Shown here: piece by piece, positions 18,989 to 27,296 of the stretch
Numbering within the stretch: the stretch's first letter is position 1
Layout of the letters: each line of letters starts with the position of its first letter
Source: Candidatus Paceibacter sp.
GTDB taxonomy: Bacteria > Patescibacteriota > Patescibacteriia > DYGC01
Length of the DNA stretch: 64,000 nucleotides
Direction of reading: 5' to 3'
Assembly (NCBI GenBank): GCA_020724925.1
Contig: DYGC01000002.1
Span: 2,201 to 66,200 of the forward strand
The notes under the pieces: model-generated
What the model saw: the letters and a program-made list of their open reading frames with translations, nothing else
Databases searched by the model: none
Told to the model about the DNA's origin: nothing
Position numbers and translations under genes: made by a program

Positions 18989-19230
18989 TGTCATCCTGGA
19001 TTTTTTAATAGGGTATAACAGATAGTGTTGCTATAACGTGATATGGGGAAGGGCGAATTGTTATTCGCCCCTACAGGAGAGAATAAAATTGATGTTTGGT
19101 ATTTATTATTTTTTTGTTTTTTAACAAAGATTTAACAATGTTCGTGTCCTTTGGAATCTTTCGTAGGGGCGAATGACAATTCGCCCTTGTCTCGTTTGAT
19201 AAAATTATCCAACGGGTTCCCAGGATGACA
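18989..19230. mobile_element. MITE-like composite palindromic element filling a convergent intergenic gap
   Basis: Perfect 11-bp terminal inverted repeats TGTCATCCTGG (18989-18999) / CCAGGATGACA (19220-19230). Internal GGGCGAATTGTTATTCGCCCCTAC (19051) and AATGTTCGTGT...GTAGGGGCGAATGACAATTCGCCCTT (19137-19188). The same internal order recurs at 40361-40595. Confidence 0.7.
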
Positions 19231-19240
19231 GATTCCCCGT

Positions 19241-19726
19241 TTATTTAATTTCAATAATCTCATATTTCTCTCCTCTTATCACCACCGTCTCCCCGACGGA
19301 TTTGCCAATTAACGCCGCGCCCAGCGGTGACAAATGGGAAATAATTCCTTTGCTCGGGTTACTTTCGGTGGCGCCGAGAATTTGATAGCTGACAGTTTTT
19401 CCATTGTTTTCCAAAGTGACAGTGTGTCCCAGTTTGACGCAGTCGGTGTTGCCGCCGCAATCAATGATTTCGGCGTGTTTGAGGCTGTCTTCAATTTCCA
19501 ATATTTTTTCGTTGAGTGAGCGCAGTTGTCCTTTGGCGATTTGATAGCCGGCATTTTCGGAAAAATCACCCATGCTGGCGCCGTGCCGCACTTCTTCAAT
19601 CAAAGCCGGGCGCTCTGCCAAGAGTTTGGCTAACTTTCTTTCCAGTTGGGCGTAGCGGGCGGCGGTGATGTGTTGGTCGTGGCGGCAGGATTGATACTTG
19701 CCCGGCCGACGTTTGGGAATTTGCAT
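19241..19726 (-). CDS. greA: transcription elongation factor GreA
   Basis: GDFSENAGYQIAKGQLRSLNEKILEIEDSL (coiled-coil tip with acidic residues) and C-terminal ISHLSPLGAALIGKSVGETV. 161 aa. Confidence 0.9.
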   Translation of the reverse strand: MQIPKRRPGKYQSCRHDQHITAARYAQLERKLAKLLAERPALIEEVRHGASMGDFSENAGYQIAKGQLRSLNEKILEIEDSLKHAEIIDCGGNTDCVKLGHTVTLENNGKTVSYQILGATESNPSKGIISHLSPLGAALIGKSVGETVVIRGEKYEIIEIK

Positions 19727-19845
19727 ATTATGATCAATAATTATTTTGAGTTTATTATAAGGGAAAAATCCGTGATTGTCATTATTGGCATCGGCGGTTT
19801 TATTGTGCTAAAATTTTGATATTGAATTTAAAGGAAAAATCTATT

Positions 19846-20448
19846 ATGAAAAAGCTAATTCTCACCTCTACCGGTTTGTCTAATCCCAAGGTTATCGCGG
19901 AGTTGCTGGATATGCAACCGGATATTAATAAATCTGTGGCAATTGTGGTGACCGCCTCGCGAGATAAAGAAAACAATCCTTGGAATCAATTAACTAAACA
20001 GCAGTTTTTGGATGCCGGTTTTTCCAGGGTTGATTTTGTGGATTTGGAATTTGAACTTAATTATGATTTTTCGCAATGCTCTGTGATTTTCGTTTCCGGT
20101 GGTAACACTTTTAAATTATTGAAATTTGTGCAAGCTTCGAGTTTTTTGGCGCAGATCAATTTGTTTTTGGAAAACGGTGGAATCTATATCGGTAGTAGCG
20201 CCGGCAGTATTATTGTTGCGGATGATATTAGTTTGGCTGGTTGGGGAAGCAGTGCTGATGAAAATGAAGTTGGTTTGGAAGATTTACGCGCGTTGAATAT
20301 TACGGAAGTTTTGGTGTGGCCGCATTATGAGGAAAGTTTTGAGACGGAAGTGCTCGCTTATGAAGAGAAATATCAACGGCAAGTACATCGTTTGCCGAAC
20401 GATCAAGCATTAGTGTTGCGCGATTCAGAAATAAAATTGATAAAATAA
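19846..20448 (+). CDS. peptidase S51 family protein (dipeptidase E-like)
   Basis: FVSGGNTFKLLKFV and IYIGSSAGSIIV (catalytic Ser region) plus a downstream WPHYEE His region. ATG at 19846 (MKKLILTSTG) preferred over the track TTG at 19816. Confidence 0.78.
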   Translation: MKKLILTSTGLSNPKVIAELLDMQPDINKSVAIVVTASRDKENNPWNQLTKQQFLDAGFSRVDFVDLEFELNYDFSQCSVIFVSGGNTFKLLKFVQASSFLAQINLFLENGGIYIGSSAGSIIVADDISLAGWGSSADENEVGLEDLRALNITEVLVWPHYEESFETEVLAYEEKYQRQVHRLPNDQALVLRDSEIKLIK

Positions 20449-20454
20449 TCTATT

Positions 20455-21930
20455 ATGAAAAAACATCTCCTTACTTTGATTGTTTTCTCTTCCGGAGCCT
20501 TGGTGATGATTTTGGAATTGTTGGCGGCGCGGATGTTTGCTCCGTATTTGGGAACCTCTTTGCCAGTGTGGTCGGCACTGATTGCTGTGATTTTGGGAGC
20601 TTTGAGTTTGGGTTATTGGTATGGCGGAAAATTGGCTGATCGGGGAGCGAATTGGAAACGATTTGGTCAATTTTTTTTCGTGGCCGGAGGGATTGTTTTT
20701 GTAACTTTGTTGTTGCAAAAAATAGTTTTGCAGTTTTTATCTAATTTGAGTCCTAATATTTATTGGACATCGATTGTGGCAGCTTTGCTCTTGTTTGGTC
20801 CGGCCAGCGTGGTTTTGGGGTTTGTTTCGCCATACGCCGTGCGTTTGCGTTTAACGCAATTGAATGAGAGCGGGCAAACAGTGGGTAATCTTTATGCCTG
20901 GTCGACGCTCGGTAGTATCGTTGGCACTTTGTCAGCCGGTTTTTTGTTATTGCCGGTTTTGGGGCATTTGCAATTATTATGGTTTTGTATTTTAGCTTTG
21001 TTATTTTTGGGATTTCTGGCCTATTTTTCTGATTCTTGGAAAAAGTCAGCCTTGGCTTTGTTTGCTTGTGTGTGTCTAGCGATTTGGGGAAGTTTTATTA
21101 TTGGTCTTTTCAAAAATCCTCAACTTTTAGATATTGATACGCAATACAGCCGGATTTTGATTGATGATAGTTTGTCTTATCAGGGTCGGAAAGTCCGTTT
21201 GTGGCAAACTGATTATCAAACCGCCCAGTCAGCCATGTTTCTAGATGATCCGATTGACTTGGTGCATGATTATACTAAATATTATGATTTGTTTTTGGAT
21301 TTTAAAGCCAACACCAAACAGGCACTGATGATTGGAGGGGCGGCGTTTTCTTATCCTAAATATTTTTTAGCCAATTATCCTGATAAAAAAATTGACGTGG
21401 TGGAGATAGACGGCGCCGCCGTGCAACTCGCGGAAAAATATTTTTATTTGGACGCCGATCACCCCAACTTGCAAATTTTTGTGGCTGACGCGCGCCCCTT
21501 TTTAAATAAAAATCAAAAAAAATACGACGCGATTTTTGTTGATGCTTTCACTGCCAACGCCACGATTCCTTATCAACTAACTACTGTGGAATTTGTGCGT
21601 AGTTTATCGGCTAATTTATTGGACGATGGCGTAGTGGTTCTTAATATCATTAGTCCGGTGAGTGGTGATAAAAATAAAGTTTTGCGTTCCCTGTATAAAA
21701 CCTATGCTGCTGTTTTTCCAAAATTATATTTATTTCAGATGAATAAAAAATATCCATTGGAGCAAACGCAAAATATAATTTTAGTGGCTGATAAATCTTT
21801 AAGTCCGGATAGTCAGAACTTATCTTTTTGGGAAAACGAATATTCCGCCGTGATTGATTATAATGATTTACCTTTGTTGACGGACAATTATGCGCCTGCG
21901 GATTATTATGCTTTGAATATTTTTAATTGA
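20455..21930 (+). CDS. membrane-fused spermidine synthase-like (polyamine aminopropyltransferase family) protein
   Basis: N-terminal about 7 TM helices. C-terminal domain has ALMIGGAAFSYPKYF, KIDVVEIDGAAVQLAEKYF, YDAIFVDAF, matching spermidine-synthase-type SAM-fold motifs. Confidence 0.78.
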   Translation: MKKHLLTLIVFSSGALVMILELLAARMFAPYLGTSLPVWSALIAVILGALSLGYWYGGKLADRGANWKRFGQFFFVAGGIVFVTLLLQKIVLQFLSNLSPNIYWTSIVAALLLFGPASVVLGFVSPYAVRLRLTQLNESGQTVGNLYAWSTLGSIVGTLSAGFLLLPVLGHLQLLWFCILALLFLGFLAYFSDSWKKSALALFACVCLAIWGSFIIGLFKNPQLLDIDTQYSRILIDDSLSYQGRKVRLWQTDYQTAQSAMFLDDPIDLVHDYTKYYDLFLDFKANTKQALMIGGAAFSYPKYFLANYPDKKIDVVEIDGAAVQLAEKYFYLDADHPNLQIFVADARPFLNKNQKKYDAIFVDAFTANATIPYQLTTVEFVRSLSANLLDDGVVVLNIISPVSGDKNKVLRSLYKTYAAVFPKLYLFQMNKKYPLEQTQNIILVADKSLSPDSQNLSFWENEYSAVIDYNDLPLLTDNYAPADYYALNIFN

Positions 21931-22104
21931 TTTTGTCAATTTGACAAAAAGAAAATCCTTCCATAAGCTGAAAGCACAAACAAAGATCAAGACCGATAAC
22001 AGATATTAAGATAAAGAGGAAAAACCAAAAGAGGCACACGAAAAATCCTCTTTTTTTATTTTTCAGCTGTGCTATAATTGTCTTAATAAACCTTTATCAA
22101 ATTT

Positions 22105-22827
22105 ATGGATAATCCTATGGAGCGAAGAAATAGAATCGAAGATTTTAATCCATATCAGGATTTGATTGTTGAATATCCTTTTCTGGAAGGTCAATCAGCC
22201 TTTGTTTTGGCGGTGGCTCAGGAAATGGTAGATTTTTACCAGGAACAATTGAAAGACCAAGATCGCTATCGATCTTTTGAAAAAAGTGCTACTGCGAAAA
22301 AATTGGAAGAAAAATTATTAAAATTTGTTTCAATAGCTGAAAAGTTAAGCCAGATTCATGAGGATGAATGCGTTGATGATTCTCCCTTTTTAATTGAGAA
22401 GTTTCAGGAAATTATAAAAGGCTTGACGGATGATGAGGAGTTGCGTGGTAAAAATCAAAGAAAAATTAAAAGGATTAATAAGATTTTTGCTTTAATTGAA
22501 ATTTTTGATCGTTACAATAAGATTTTTTCTAAAGGGGTAAGTAAGGAAAATCAAGAATTATATTTGGAGACCCAAAATCGTCGTTATGTTAGTTTATTTT
22601 ATTCTAGATTAGTTGAAGGTTACATTCCCGAAGATTTGGATTTGCACTCCAGAAAGTTTATTGGTTATGGTAGTAACAATAAACAAGAGGTGGAAAATAT
22701 TTTGGAAAATGTTTTGGGCTTTATTCTTAAGCCGGGCAAGGGGGGAAAATCAGAATTTGGTAAAGATGGTTTTACCTTAGAGGTGGATATCCAGGCAACT
22801 AATGAGTCTTTGAAAAATCAGGCTTGA
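22105..22827 (+). CDS. hypothetical protein
   Basis: 240-aa ORF preceded by TGCTATAAT (22070-22078). No recognisable motif. Confidence 0.55.
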   Translation: MDNPMERRNRIEDFNPYQDLIVEYPFLEGQSAFVLAVAQEMVDFYQEQLKDQDRYRSFEKSATAKKLEEKLLKFVSIAEKLSQIHEDECVDDSPFLIEKFQEIIKGLTDDEELRGKNQRKIKRINKIFALIEIFDRYNKIFSKGVSKENQELYLETQNRRYVSLFYSRLVEGYIPEDLDLHSRKFIGYGSNNKQEVENILENVLGFILKPGKGGKSEFGKDGFTLEVDIQATNESLKNQA

Positions 22828-22914
22828 TTTTATTCATTTTTTCTTGTTAAATAGTATAAATAGGTTGATTTCAGTGAAGTTATTTTTTATTTTAAAAATT
22901 TAAATTTTTATGAT

Positions 22915-23808
22915 ATGAAAACAGCGATTATTCAATGGGCAGAATGGTTTCGTGATGGTGAGGCTTTCCCGTTGCCGGATGATTTTGGCGTTTTGCGGGC
23001 TGATCAGTTGGTGGTGGTAAAACACCGCTTGGGTGTTGACATTGGACGGGTTAAGAAAATCCACGAGTTTGATGCTAACAATGATGATGTTGAGGGAAAA
23101 GAAATTTTACGCGTTGCTGATGAGGATGATAAGAAGAAATGGCAACATTTGGAAAAAGAAGCTAAGACCGCGCATCGCGTTTGTCGAGAATTGTCTGACA
23201 AACATGGTTTGGACATGAAATTAGTGCGTGCTTATTATTCTTTTGATGATAAACGTTTGACTTTTACTTTTATCGCTGATGGGCGTATTGATTTTCGAGA
23301 ATTGGTAAAAGATTTAACGCAGCAATTTCGTAAATTGATTCGTTTGCAACAAATTGGTATTCGCGATGAAGCACGTTTGACCGGAGATCTTGGGCCGTGC
23401 GGTCGTCCTTTGTGTTGTGCTACGCATTTACAAAAACTGGAAAGTATCAGTTCGGATTTGATTGATTTGCAACAATTAAATCATCGTGGGTCGGAGAGAT
23501 TATCCGGCATGTGCGGGCGTTTGGCTTGTTGTTTAAATTATGAACGTTGCGGTTATCAGGATATGGTGAGTAAATTTCCGCCAGTGGGGGTGCGCGTTAA
23601 AACCAAACAGGGAATTGGCTTGGTGACCAAACATTATTTATTGAAAAGTAAATTGGATGTTAATTTTAATGAAAATGATAAAGATGGCATTGCTGAAATT
23701 GATTTGTCTGAAGTTTTGGATTGGGAGGGGCGTGGTCAAAAAGCCCCATTACCATCTTGTGCCGGAAAATGTCATGGTGGCGATTGTCCTAAAAATTTAA
23801 ATAATTAA
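22915..23808 (+). CDS. PSP1 domain protein (YaaT/RicT-like)
   Basis: IDFRELVKDLTQQFRKLIRLQQIGIRDEARLTGDLGPCGRPLCC plus a further Cys cluster (GMCGRLACCLNYERC) typical of the PSP1 C-terminal domain. Confidence 0.85.
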   Translation: MKTAIIQWAEWFRDGEAFPLPDDFGVLRADQLVVVKHRLGVDIGRVKKIHEFDANNDDVEGKEILRVADEDDKKKWQHLEKEAKTAHRVCRELSDKHGLDMKLVRAYYSFDDKRLTFTFIADGRIDFRELVKDLTQQFRKLIRLQQIGIRDEARLTGDLGPCGRPLCCATHLQKLESISSDLIDLQQLNHRGSERLSGMCGRLACCLNYERCGYQDMVSKFPPVGVRVKTKQGIGLVTKHYLLKSKLDVNFNENDKDGIAEIDLSEVLDWEGRGQKAPLPSCAGKCHGGDCPKNLNN

Positions 23809-23820
23809 AATAGAAAATTT

Positions 23821-24810
23821 ATGTGGCGCGCTTTATTGATTCTAATTATAACAATCGGCATTTTGGGTGGCGGTTTTTATTACTTTGCTGATCACGAGGG
23901 TTGGTTTGATCAAAAGGCCGTCAGTGAGGGCGAGCAGCCACTAAATCAGGATTCAACAAGTGCGGAAGAAATTGCTCCGATTGTCGAAAATCCTTGGCTT
24001 GATTATCAATATCAAGCGAATGGCGTGAGTTTTAGCAGTAAATATCCGGCGGAAAACTGGAAGGTGGTGGAACAGTTGAATGGCAATGAATTGACAATTA
24101 TTTTTACTAATAATGACAGTTGCCAAGTTTTATATTTATTTGATATTCGTCAGGGTCAATACAAAACTGAATTGAGCAATAACAAAAGCAGTGATGATTG
24201 TGCTGAGGTTTTACGTAAGATTGTCAGTATTGCCACGATCCCGCGCTTCGGTGTTGTAATGGATGAAAGCACCGAATCTGCCACTACCACGAACGTTGCC
24301 GGAGCTGGGGACGCCAACTCCGCCCCCGTTATTGCTGAAGATAAAGTTACTGATAGTTCCAATAGTGAAACTAGCGAGACTGAATCGACGGAAGAAAACG
24401 AAGAAAACGTCGAAAAATCCGATACTCCGGTTTTGCCGACCAGTCTTTCCGAAGGGGTTCCTGATCAGGAATTGCATGAAATGACCGCTAAAGAGCGTTA
24501 TGAAAGTGCCAAAACTTTTGTGAATAACTATTTGTTGGAATATGCCAAGCGTCGTTGGGCAACGATTGAAAGTCAATTATCCGCTAAGGCTAAAGCTGAA
24601 TTAGCGGGGAAATCTTTATCGAGCGTGGCGACGCCGTTTTATTATTATGAATTATTAACGGTTTTGAAAGAAATCAAAGTTGGGCAATTTCAAGTCAATG
24701 TAAAATTAACTGATAAAGAGGAAAACCCCATTGGTGAAAGTGGTATTTACACTTTAAATTTGGTGTGGGAATATGGGGAATGGAAAATTGATAACTATTT
24801 ATTTAAATAA
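23821..24810 (+). CDS. membrane-anchored hypothetical protein with acidic low-complexity linker
   Basis: Single N-terminal TM (ALLILIITIGILGGGFYYF). Central Ser/Glu/Thr-rich stretch. No known motif. Confidence 0.6.
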   Translation: MWRALLILIITIGILGGGFYYFADHEGWFDQKAVSEGEQPLNQDSTSAEEIAPIVENPWLDYQYQANGVSFSSKYPAENWKVVEQLNGNELTIIFTNNDSCQVLYLFDIRQGQYKTELSNNKSSDDCAEVLRKIVSIATIPRFGVVMDESTESATTTNVAGAGDANSAPVIAEDKVTDSSNSETSETESTEENEENVEKSDTPVLPTSLSEGVPDQELHEMTAKERYESAKTFVNNYLLEYAKRRWATIESQLSAKAKAELAGKSLSSVATPFYYYELLTVLKEIKVGQFQVNVKLTDKEENPIGESGIYTLNLVWEYGEWKIDNYLFK

Positions 24811-24834
24811 TTTTAATAATTTAAGTGAAAATTT

Positions 24835-25392
24835 ATGATTAGTACTGCTGATTTTAAAAATGGAATGTACATCATTTTCAAAGATGACATTAACCAAATC
24901 GTGGAATTTCAACATGTTAATCCGGGTAAGGGGAGTGCTTTTGTGCGTACTCGTTTGAAGAGCTTAAAAAGCGGTAAGGTGGTGGAGTTTACCTTTAAGT
25001 CCGGAGAAATGGTCCAAGAAGCCAATGTTGAGACCAGTGATGCTCAATATTTGTTTAATGATGGCAAAAATTATGTCTTCATGGACAATAATACTTTTGA
25101 TCAATTTGAAATGCCTCATGATAGTTTGGAATATGAAGGTAAGTATTTGACAGAAGGTCTACAGGTTTTGATCTTGAAACGTAATGATATTCCGTTAAGT
25201 ATTCGTTTGCCTCGTAAAATGCAATTGAAGGTGGTAAGTGCTCCTCCGGGAGTGAAGGGGGATACTGCCACTAGTGCCAGTAAATCAGTGACTTTGGAAA
25301 ATGGTTTAGAAGTGATGACTCCCTTGTTTGTCAAAGAAGGTGATGTTATCGTGATTAATACTGATAGTGGTGAATATGTGGAAAGAGTTTAG
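24835..25392 (+). CDS. efp: elongation factor P
   Basis: FQHVNPGKGSAFVRTRLKSLKSGKV carries the conserved PGKG loop lysine. Three-domain length of 185 aa. Confidence 0.93.
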   Translation: MISTADFKNGMYIIFKDDINQIVEFQHVNPGKGSAFVRTRLKSLKSGKVVEFTFKSGEMVQEANVETSDAQYLFNDGKNYVFMDNNTFDQFEMPHDSLEYEGKYLTEGLQVLILKRNDIPLSIRLPRKMQLKVVSAPPGVKGDTATSASKSVTLENGLEVMTPLFVKEGDVIVINTDSGEYVERV

Positions 25393-25485
25393 AAAATTTG
25401 ATATACTGAAATTGGATAAGATCCTGTCCCGAAATAAATTCGGGATGACATTTGGAAATGACATAAAAAATTTAAAAATAAAAGT

Positions 25486-27252
25486 ATGGGGGATATATTG
25501 ACCGCCCTAAGCACTTGGTTTGCTGATCTTTGGATCAATATTTTTGCTTATTTAATACAACTCGGTAAATTACCTTTGCCGTTGTTGGTTTTGCGTTTAT
25601 TGATTGATTTTGGTTGGTTGGTAATTGTCTGGATCTTTCTTTGGGGTTTATTGCGCTTGTATTTGCGTAGTCGTCAGATGAAATTTTTATCACAGCAACG
25701 TTATATTTTGTTGGCAATTGATATTCCTCATGATACGGAACAAACTCCGAAAGCGGCGGAAAACTTAATTACTAATTTATCCGGGGCACACAGTCAGATT
25801 ACTTTTCGAGAAAAATGGATGGAAGGGGTGGTGCAGCTACATTTTGCCTTGGAAATTGTCAGTATTGAAGGTCATGTGCAATTTTTAGTTTATACGCCGG
25901 TGCAGTTTCGGGAATTGGTGGAAGCAGCTGTCCAATCTCAATATCCGGAAGCGGAAATTACTGAGGTGGAAGATTATACCAAGGAATTTCCTGAAAAATT
26001 TCCTGATGATAAATACAATTGGAAGGGGGGTGATTTAGGCCCGGTAAAAAGCCACGTTTATCCTTTTAGAACCTATTTGGATTTTGAACATACTTTGGAT
26101 AGTGAATTTAAAGATCCTTTGGCTTTGGTTTTGGAAAATATGAGTCGTCTTGGGAAGGGCGAACAAGCGTGGTTTCAAGTGATTGTGCGGCCGGAGGGGT
26201 TTGATTGGTTGGATGAATGTAAGGCCGAAGTGAAAAAGATTTTAGGTGAGTCTAATGCCGCTAAACAATCTTTGGCCCAAAAAATTTTATTAGCACCGTT
26301 TAACGCGATTGGTGCGGTTTTTGAAGGTGCTTTGGGAATGAAATTATTTGGTGGATCATCCCCTGATAAACCACCGAAAAAAATGTTGGATTTAAAACCG
26401 GAAGAATTAACACAAATTAAAGCGATTCAGGATAAAAAGCACAAAATCGGTTTTATGTGTAATATCCGTTTGTTTTATTTGGCAGAACGTACTCATTTTA
26501 AAGGGCCGCGGGTGTCTGCTTTGATAGGTGGTTTGAAACAACTTAATTCCAATGTCATTAATAGTTTGCGACCATATTGGAGTCAATACGGAACCGGTAA
26601 TGATTATTGGTTTGAATGGCGTCGTAAGAGTAAGGTTGCTTATAAGCAAGGTTATATGATGCGTGCTTATAAATCACGCAATATTGGTGATACTTATCCG
26701 CCGTTTATTTTAAACGCTGAAGAGTTGGCGACCATTTTCCATTTCCCAAGCTTGAAGACGGTTGGTTTGGCAATGTTGAAGCGTACTGAAAGCAAGAAAG
26801 GTGAAGCCCCGGTTAATTTGCCGATTTCCAGTGATGAGGATAAGGGTAGCACCGAAGGGACTTTACCGATGATTAAAAACTTGGATCAAGCGGATGAATT
26901 GACCTTTGATATTGATAATGATTATTTTGAAGAGCGTTTTGCGATTGATAAAGATAAATTCAAAAAAGATCGGGATGCTCGCTTGAAACGTTTGGAAGAA
27001 GCTCGTGCTCAAGCGAAGAAAGAAGATGAGGAAAAAGTGCAAGCGTTGGAAGATGAATTGGAATCGATTGTTAATGGTGAATTGAGTTCGGAAGAACTAG
27101 TGGAAACGCCGGTAGATTTGCCAAAGAAGCCGGCTAGAGAAAAAAAAGGAGCGGAGAAATTTTTTGATAATTCTCAGTCTAATAATGATGAGGAAGTACC
27201 GGAAGATTTTTTTGATAAAGGTAATCCGCCGCCGAATTTGCCAATTGGTTAA
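25486..27252 (+). CDS. membrane protein of unknown function, upstream partner of VirD4/TraD-like ATPase
   Basis: Two N-terminal TM helices, a large soluble domain, and a charged coiled C-terminus (KDRDARLKRLEEARAQAKKEDEEKVQALEDELE). Ends 44 nt before the ATPase gene on the same strand. Confidence 0.65.
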   Translation: MGDILTALSTWFADLWINIFAYLIQLGKLPLPLLVLRLLIDFGWLVIVWIFLWGLLRLYLRSRQMKFLSQQRYILLAIDIPHDTEQTPKAAENLITNLSGAHSQITFREKWMEGVVQLHFALEIVSIEGHVQFLVYTPVQFRELVEAAVQSQYPEAEITEVEDYTKEFPEKFPDDKYNWKGGDLGPVKSHVYPFRTYLDFEHTLDSEFKDPLALVLENMSRLGKGEQAWFQVIVRPEGFDWLDECKAEVKKILGESNAAKQSLAQKILLAPFNAIGAVFEGALGMKLFGGSSPDKPPKKMLDLKPEELTQIKAIQDKKHKIGFMCNIRLFYLAERTHFKGPRVSALIGGLKQLNSNVINSLRPYWSQYGTGNDYWFEWRRKSKVAYKQGYMMRAYKSRNIGDTYPPFILNAEELATIFHFPSLKTVGLAMLKRTESKKGEAPVNLPISSDEDKGSTEGTLPMIKNLDQADELTFDIDNDYFEERFAIDKDKFKKDRDARLKRLEEARAQAKKEDEEKVQALEDELESIVNGELSSEELVETPVDLPKKPAREKKGAEKFFDNSQSNNDEEVPEDFFDKGNPPPNLPIG

Positions 27253-27296
27253 AGTTGCTGTGAGTTAGTCATTTATTAAAATAAAAATACATAAAT

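Noticed and set aside
19309-19599. 96-aa minus-strand and 61-aa plus-strand ORFs overlapping greA
   Set aside because: They are out-of-frame and antisense overlaps of a confidently identified gene, with no independent support.
21931-22104. Possible small RNA between the spermidine-synthase-like gene and the 22105 ORF
   Set aside because: The region contains a TTTTGTCAA-TTTGACAAAA palindrome and an AGAGGA...TCCTCT-T8 terminator-like hairpin. Apart from these it is unstructured AT-rich spacer with a TGCTATAAT promoter for the next gene, so the evidence is insufficient for an RNA call.
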